Below, in pieces: positions 60,428-64,000 of a DNA stretch of 64,000 nucleotides. The notes under the pieces were generated by a model. It saw nothing but the letters and a program-made list of their open reading frames with translations, did not search any database and was not told where the DNA came from. Source of the DNA: Gammaproteobacteria bacterium. Lineage in GTDB: Bacteria > Pseudomonadota > Gammaproteobacteria > Nevskiales > Nevskiaceae. The stretch covers positions 4,219-68,218 of the forward strand of contig JAHZLQ010000025.1 in the NCBI GenBank assembly GCA_022599775.1, given 5' to 3'. The position numbers and the translations under genes are program-made. Positions within the stretch are counted from its first letter, which is position 1. Each line of letters starts with the position of its first letter.

Positions 60428-60775
60428 ATGAGTGAAGAAGCGATTTCGACATCCCTGCTGTTCTCGGATTCTGCGGCGCGCAAGGTGCGTGAGCTGCTGG
60501 ACGAGGAGAACAATCCCAACCTGAAGCTGCGCGTGTTCGTGACCGGTGGCGGCTGTTCGGGGTTCCAGTACGGCTTCACCTTCGACGAAGCCGACGACGC
60601 TGAAGATTCTCGCGTCGAGAAGGGCGGCGTGACCCTGGTTGTTGACCCGATGAGCGTCCAATACCTTCAGGGCGCGGAAATCGACTACAAGGACGACGTA
60701 GAGGGCGCGCAGTTTGTGATCCGCAATCCCAACGCAGCGACGACCTGCGGCTGCGGCAACTCCTTTTCGGTCTGA
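60428..60775 (+). CDS. erpA: iron-sulfur cluster insertion protein ErpA
   Basis: 115 aa; [11 protein letters not shown] and the C-terminal CGCGNSF. Confidence 0.95.
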   Translation: MSEEAISTSLLFSDSAARKVRELLDEENNPNLKLRVFVTGGGCSGFQYGFTFDEADDAEDSRVEKGGVTLVVDPMSVQYLQGAEIDYKDDVEGAQFVIRNPNAATTCGCGNSFSV

Positions 60776-60779
60776 ACGC

Positions 60780-61889
60780 TCACGGCTGGTAGATCGCGCC
60801 GAGGACCACGGCGCGGTGCGCCCCGGTCGCGCTCGGCAGGTTTCCGGGTAATCCCTCCATTCGTCGCTTTGCCAGCCACGCAAAGGCTGCCGCTTCGACC
60901 CATTTCGGATCGATTCCGCCGTCTGCTGTGGTACCGACGGTGCGCGGCGCCAGTTGCTCGCGCAGTCGCTCCACCAGGTAGCCATTGTCGGCACCGCCAC
61001 CGCACAGAAGCACACGAGTCCCTCTGCCGGCCAGCGGTGCGAGCGAGTCCGCCACGCTTTGCACGGTCAACTCTAGTAGGGTCCGCGCCACATCCTCGTC
61101 CGGCAAGGTGTCCAGCGCCGGGAAACGGGCGCGGCACCATTCCAGATTGAAATGATCTCGACCGGTGCTTTTGGGAGGCGGTTGCTGGAAGTACGGGTCG
61201 GCGAGCAGGGCATCCAGCAAGGGGCGGTGGACGGTGCCGCTGCGTGCAAGTGCGCCGTCGGCGTCAAAGGCACAGCCGCGCCGCGTCTGCATCCATTCGT
61301 CCAGCAAACCGTTTGCCGGGCCGGTATCGAAGCCGTGAACGGGGCCGTCGCAGCTGGGGAGGTGGCTCAGATTTGCGATTCCGCCGAGGTTGACGATGCA
61401 TAAGTCTTCATCGCTCCGGCTGAACATCGCACGGTGAAACGCGGGGACCAGTGGCGCGCCCTGCCCGCCAGCCGCCATGTCGGCGCGCCGGAAGTCCGCA
61501 ACGACGGGACGGCCACAGGCGATCGCGATGCGGTTCGGGTCGCCGACCTGAAGGCTGTTGCCGAAAGGGTCGTGAAACAGGGTCTGCCCATGGCTCCCGA
61601 CGGCGGCAATGTCGGCCCAAGGCACCCCTGAGTGTTCGACCAGGTCCGCCGCAAGCTGCGCGAACGCCTGACCGACGCGCGCATCGATCTGTGCGTAGGT
61701 CTGAAGATTCAAGGCCCGCGCCCGGACCGAGGCGGATAGGATCGACTGTCGCAGTGCATCCGGGTAGGCGCGGGACAGGCTCGCGATGAGTGTGCAACCG
61801 CCGCTGGCCGGGAATCGAGCCAGTACGGCGTCAATGCCGTCCGCGCTGGTGCCCGACATCAGGCCCAAATAGAGCGGAGTCGCTGCCAT
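60780..61889 (-). CDS. anmK: anhydro-N-acetylmuramic acid kinase
   Basis: 369 aa; YLGLMSGTSADGIDA start and NLGGIAN. Confidence 0.95.
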   Translation of the reverse strand: MAATPLYLGLMSGTSADGIDAVLARFPASGGCTLIASLSRAYPDALRQSILSASVRARALNLQTYAQIDARVGQAFAQLAADLVEHSGVPWADIAAVGSHGQTLFHDPFGNSLQVGDPNRIAIACGRPVVADFRRADMAAGGQGAPLVPAFHRAMFSRSDEDLCIVNLGGIANLSHLPSCDGPVHGFDTGPANGLLDEWMQTRRGCAFDADGALARSGTVHRPLLDALLADPYFQQPPPKSTGRDHFNLEWCRARFPALDTLPDEDVARTLLELTVQSVADSLAPLAGRGTRVLLCGGGADNGYLVERLREQLAPRTVGTTADGGIDPKWVEAAAFAWLAKRRMEGLPGNLPSATGAHRAVVLGAIYQP

Positions 61890-61943
61890 GCGGACGGCCG
61901 TGAGGCGGATAGGGACCGAGGAGGGAGCCGCCCGAAATAGGGC

Positions 61944-63347
61944 CTAGTGTGTCCCGGCTACCTCGGCTCCCAGTGCATCGCTCGCACTGGCGAACTGGGC
62001 GCTCGACAGCGTCTCGATCTGGGCCATCAGTGGCGCAGAGACGTTCTTGAACTTGGGCAGATCGGCGCGTGCAACCGGGTTGGCCCTGGGCAGCGCGACC
62101 GTCACCGGGTTGCGGTGGGTTCCATTGACGAGGAATTCGTAATGAAGGTGCGGCCCGGTCGCGAGGCCAGTGGAGCCAACGTAGCCAATGATCTGCCCCT
62201 GCTTGACGGAAGCGCCGGTACGAATGCCAGAGCGAATCTTGGACATGTGACCGTACAGGGTCTGGTACGTCGACCCGTGGCGCAACACCACGCAGTTGCC
62301 GTAGCCGCCTTTGACGCCGGCGAACACCACGCGCCCTTCGCCGGTGGCCTTGATCGGCGTGCCGGTCGGCGCGGCGTAGTCGGTGCCTTTGTGCGAGCGG
62401 ATGCGGTTCAACACCGGGTGAAAGCGTCCCGGATTGAAGTGAGAGCTGATGCGAAACACATCCAGGGGCGTGCGAATGAACGCTTTGCGCATCGAATCGC
62501 CTTCCGGCGTGTAATAGGCGGTATTGCCGTCCGCATCGGTGAAACGTACGGCGCGCAGTTCCCGATCCTGATTCACGAATTCGGCGGCGAGGATGTCGCC
62601 GTCGCGCAGCTTCTTGCCATCCTTGTAGAGGCGGTCGTAAACCACCACGAAACGATCGCCGCGGCGAATATCGAGCGCGAAATCGACGTCGTATCCGAAC
62701 ACACTCGCCATCTCCATGATCAGCCGTCCCGACAGGCCGGCGCGCTGCGCGGAGAGGAACAGGGAATCATTGATCTCGCCGTACGAGAATGCGGGCCGAT
62801 GTTCGATCTGTGCGGCCAGCACGATCGCTTCGAATCCGTTGCCGGTGCGACGGATATTGAGCGTATGCGATTCATCGATATCGTATTTGAGCTCGGCGAG
62901 ATGACCGGCGTTGACGCGCAGGTGCAGTTCCTCACCGGCCTTCAGTTTTTTTAGGCGCTCGGCGTCGCTGCCCAGCTTCAGGATTTCGATCCAGTCCGTG
63001 GCTGGAAGACCTTGCCCGTCGAAGATGGCGGACAGGCTCTGACCCGGCTTGATGGTGATCCGGCTCCAATCGCTGGGCGAGGGGATCTCCAGATCGTCCG
63101 TTACCGTGGCCTGGAGCATCGTGTCGTAGTCGACGCCGCTAGCATCGGGAAGAGCGTCCCCGGCTTGTCCGAGCAAATCGAGCGATTCGGTTTGCGAGGA
63201 CGGCGCATCCTGCTTCTTGGCAACGCCGGGACGACTGATAAACGCCAGAGCCACTAGGCTCACGGCAACGGCGATGACCACGGCGGTGTGGCGTCGCACG
63301 GGGAGCCGGCGGCGGCGCGGCTCAGGTGAACTATAATCAAAACGCAT
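61944..63347 (-). CDS. M23 family peptidoglycan DD-metalloendopeptidase (MepM/YebA-like)
   Basis: 467 aa; N-terminal TM helix; HKGTDYAAPTGTPI and GPHLHYEF zinc motifs. Confidence 0.9.
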   Translation of the reverse strand: MRFDYSSPEPRRRRLPVRRHTAVVIAVAVSLVALAFISRPGVAKKQDAPSSQTESLDLLGQAGDALPDASGVDYDTMLQATVTDDLEIPSPSDWSRITIKPGQSLSAIFDGQGLPATDWIEILKLGSDAERLKKLKAGEELHLRVNAGHLAELKYDIDESHTLNIRRTGNGFEAIVLAAQIEHRPAFSYGEINDSLFLSAQRAGLSGRLIMEMASVFGYDVDFALDIRRGDRFVVVYDRLYKDGKKLRDGDILAAEFVNQDRELRAVRFTDADGNTAYYTPEGDSMRKAFIRTPLDVFRISSHFNPGRFHPVLNRIRSHKGTDYAAPTGTPIKATGEGRVVFAGVKGGYGNCVVLRHGSTYQTLYGHMSKIRSGIRTGASVKQGQIIGYVGSTGLATGPHLHYEFLVNGTHRNPVTVALPRANPVARADLPKFKNVSAPLMAQIETLSSAQFASASDALGAEVAGTH

Positions 63348-63544
63348 TGTTGCTCGCCCGGAAAACTGCTTGATGAATGAGTCGTGCGGCCCCTGCCGCG
63401 CTGGCGCAGACCCTCATTCGCAATTCCTGGGTGCACAAGCGCCAAACGCTAAAGAAACACAAAATCCGTTACAGCGCAAGACGTTCCGAGCAATTCCTAA
63501 AGTAAGTTCTCGGAATGATCCTGCCTCTACCCGAATGACAGACC

Positions 63545-64000
63545 AATGATTGACGATTTCGCCGAACTGCAGCGCGGAACTGACGAGATTCTCCCCCTCG
63601 ACGAATTGCAGCAGCGCCTTCGCGCATCGCAAGAATCAAGCCGACCGCTGCGCATCAAGGCCGGCTTCGACCCGACTGCCAAGGATCTGCACTTGGGACA
63701 CACCCTGCTTCTGAACAAGCTTCGTACATTTCAGACGCTGGGTCACGAGGTCACCTTCCTGATCGGTGACTTTACCGGGATGATCGGTGATCCAACGGGC
63801 AAAAACGAAACCCGAAAACCACTGACGCGCGCCCAGGTCGAGGAGAACGCGCAAACCTACAAAGAACAAGTCTACAAAATTCTGGACCCCGAGCGGACCC
63901 GAATCGCCTTCAATTCGGAGTGGCTAGACAAGCTCGGCACCGAAGGCATGATCCGCATCGCCGCGCAGCACACCGTTGCACGAATGCTCGAACGGGACGA
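63545..64000 (+). CDS. tyrS: tyrosine--tRNA ligase, 5' part only (truncated by the window end)
   Basis: Translated by hand: [11 protein letters not shown]...[21 protein letters not shown] (HIGH motif) ...[16 protein letters not shown]. Confidence 0.9.

Overview
GC-rich proteobacterial chromosome segment, most likely gammaproteobacterial. That placement rests on gene order I recall from Pseudomonas, not on any search. It has three parts.

(1) 1-33.2 kb is a dense, accessory-looking catabolic region with no regulator gene. It contains:
- an amidohydrolase, a fused double acyl-CoA dehydrogenase (ACAD) and two crotonases;
- an operon of a homogentisate-dioxygenase-like cupin, an alpha/beta hydrolase, a maleate-isomerase-like protein, a CoA ligase and a stand-alone E2 catalytic domain;
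- an SDR / kinase / ACAD trio resembling the Lva and ACAD10/11 4-hydroxyacyl-CoA module;
- a TonB-dependent receptor, a HIBADH-CMD fusion and a 2Fe-2S ferredoxin;
- a nine-gene, partly translationally coupled operon: Rieske oxygenase, KstD-like flavoprotein, TPP-dependent E1 alpha/beta, free lipoyl protein, two SDRs, and FadH-like and OYE reductases.

(2) 33.2-35.7 kb holds an apparently intact, endonuclease-less group II intron. It has an RT/maturase ORF and clear domains V and VI. It abuts a decayed ISL3 transposase remnant. Together they mark the junction between the catabolic block and the core genes.

(3) 35.8-64 kb is core housekeeping: TetR-liuA-liuB-liuD-scoAB, cytochrome c5, TorF-type porin, comM-ubiK-glnK-amtB plus a second P-II gene, NlpC/P60, a DUF4124 pair, speE/speA, MFS, ydfG, HAD, rppH, bfd-bfr, hemJ, argC, a coiled-coil membrane protein, bactofilin, erpA, anmK, an M23 peptidase and tyrS (cut by the window end).

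I saw no rRNA, tRNA, CRISPR array or recognisable defence system. The most interesting items are the intron with its unusual features, the split E2 / acetoin-type E1 operon, the non-canonical ring-cleavage operon, the Lva-like module, and recurring promoter/operator motifs in a region that lacks a regulator. All calls come from reading the translated ORFs and the DNA by eye. No searches or computations were run.
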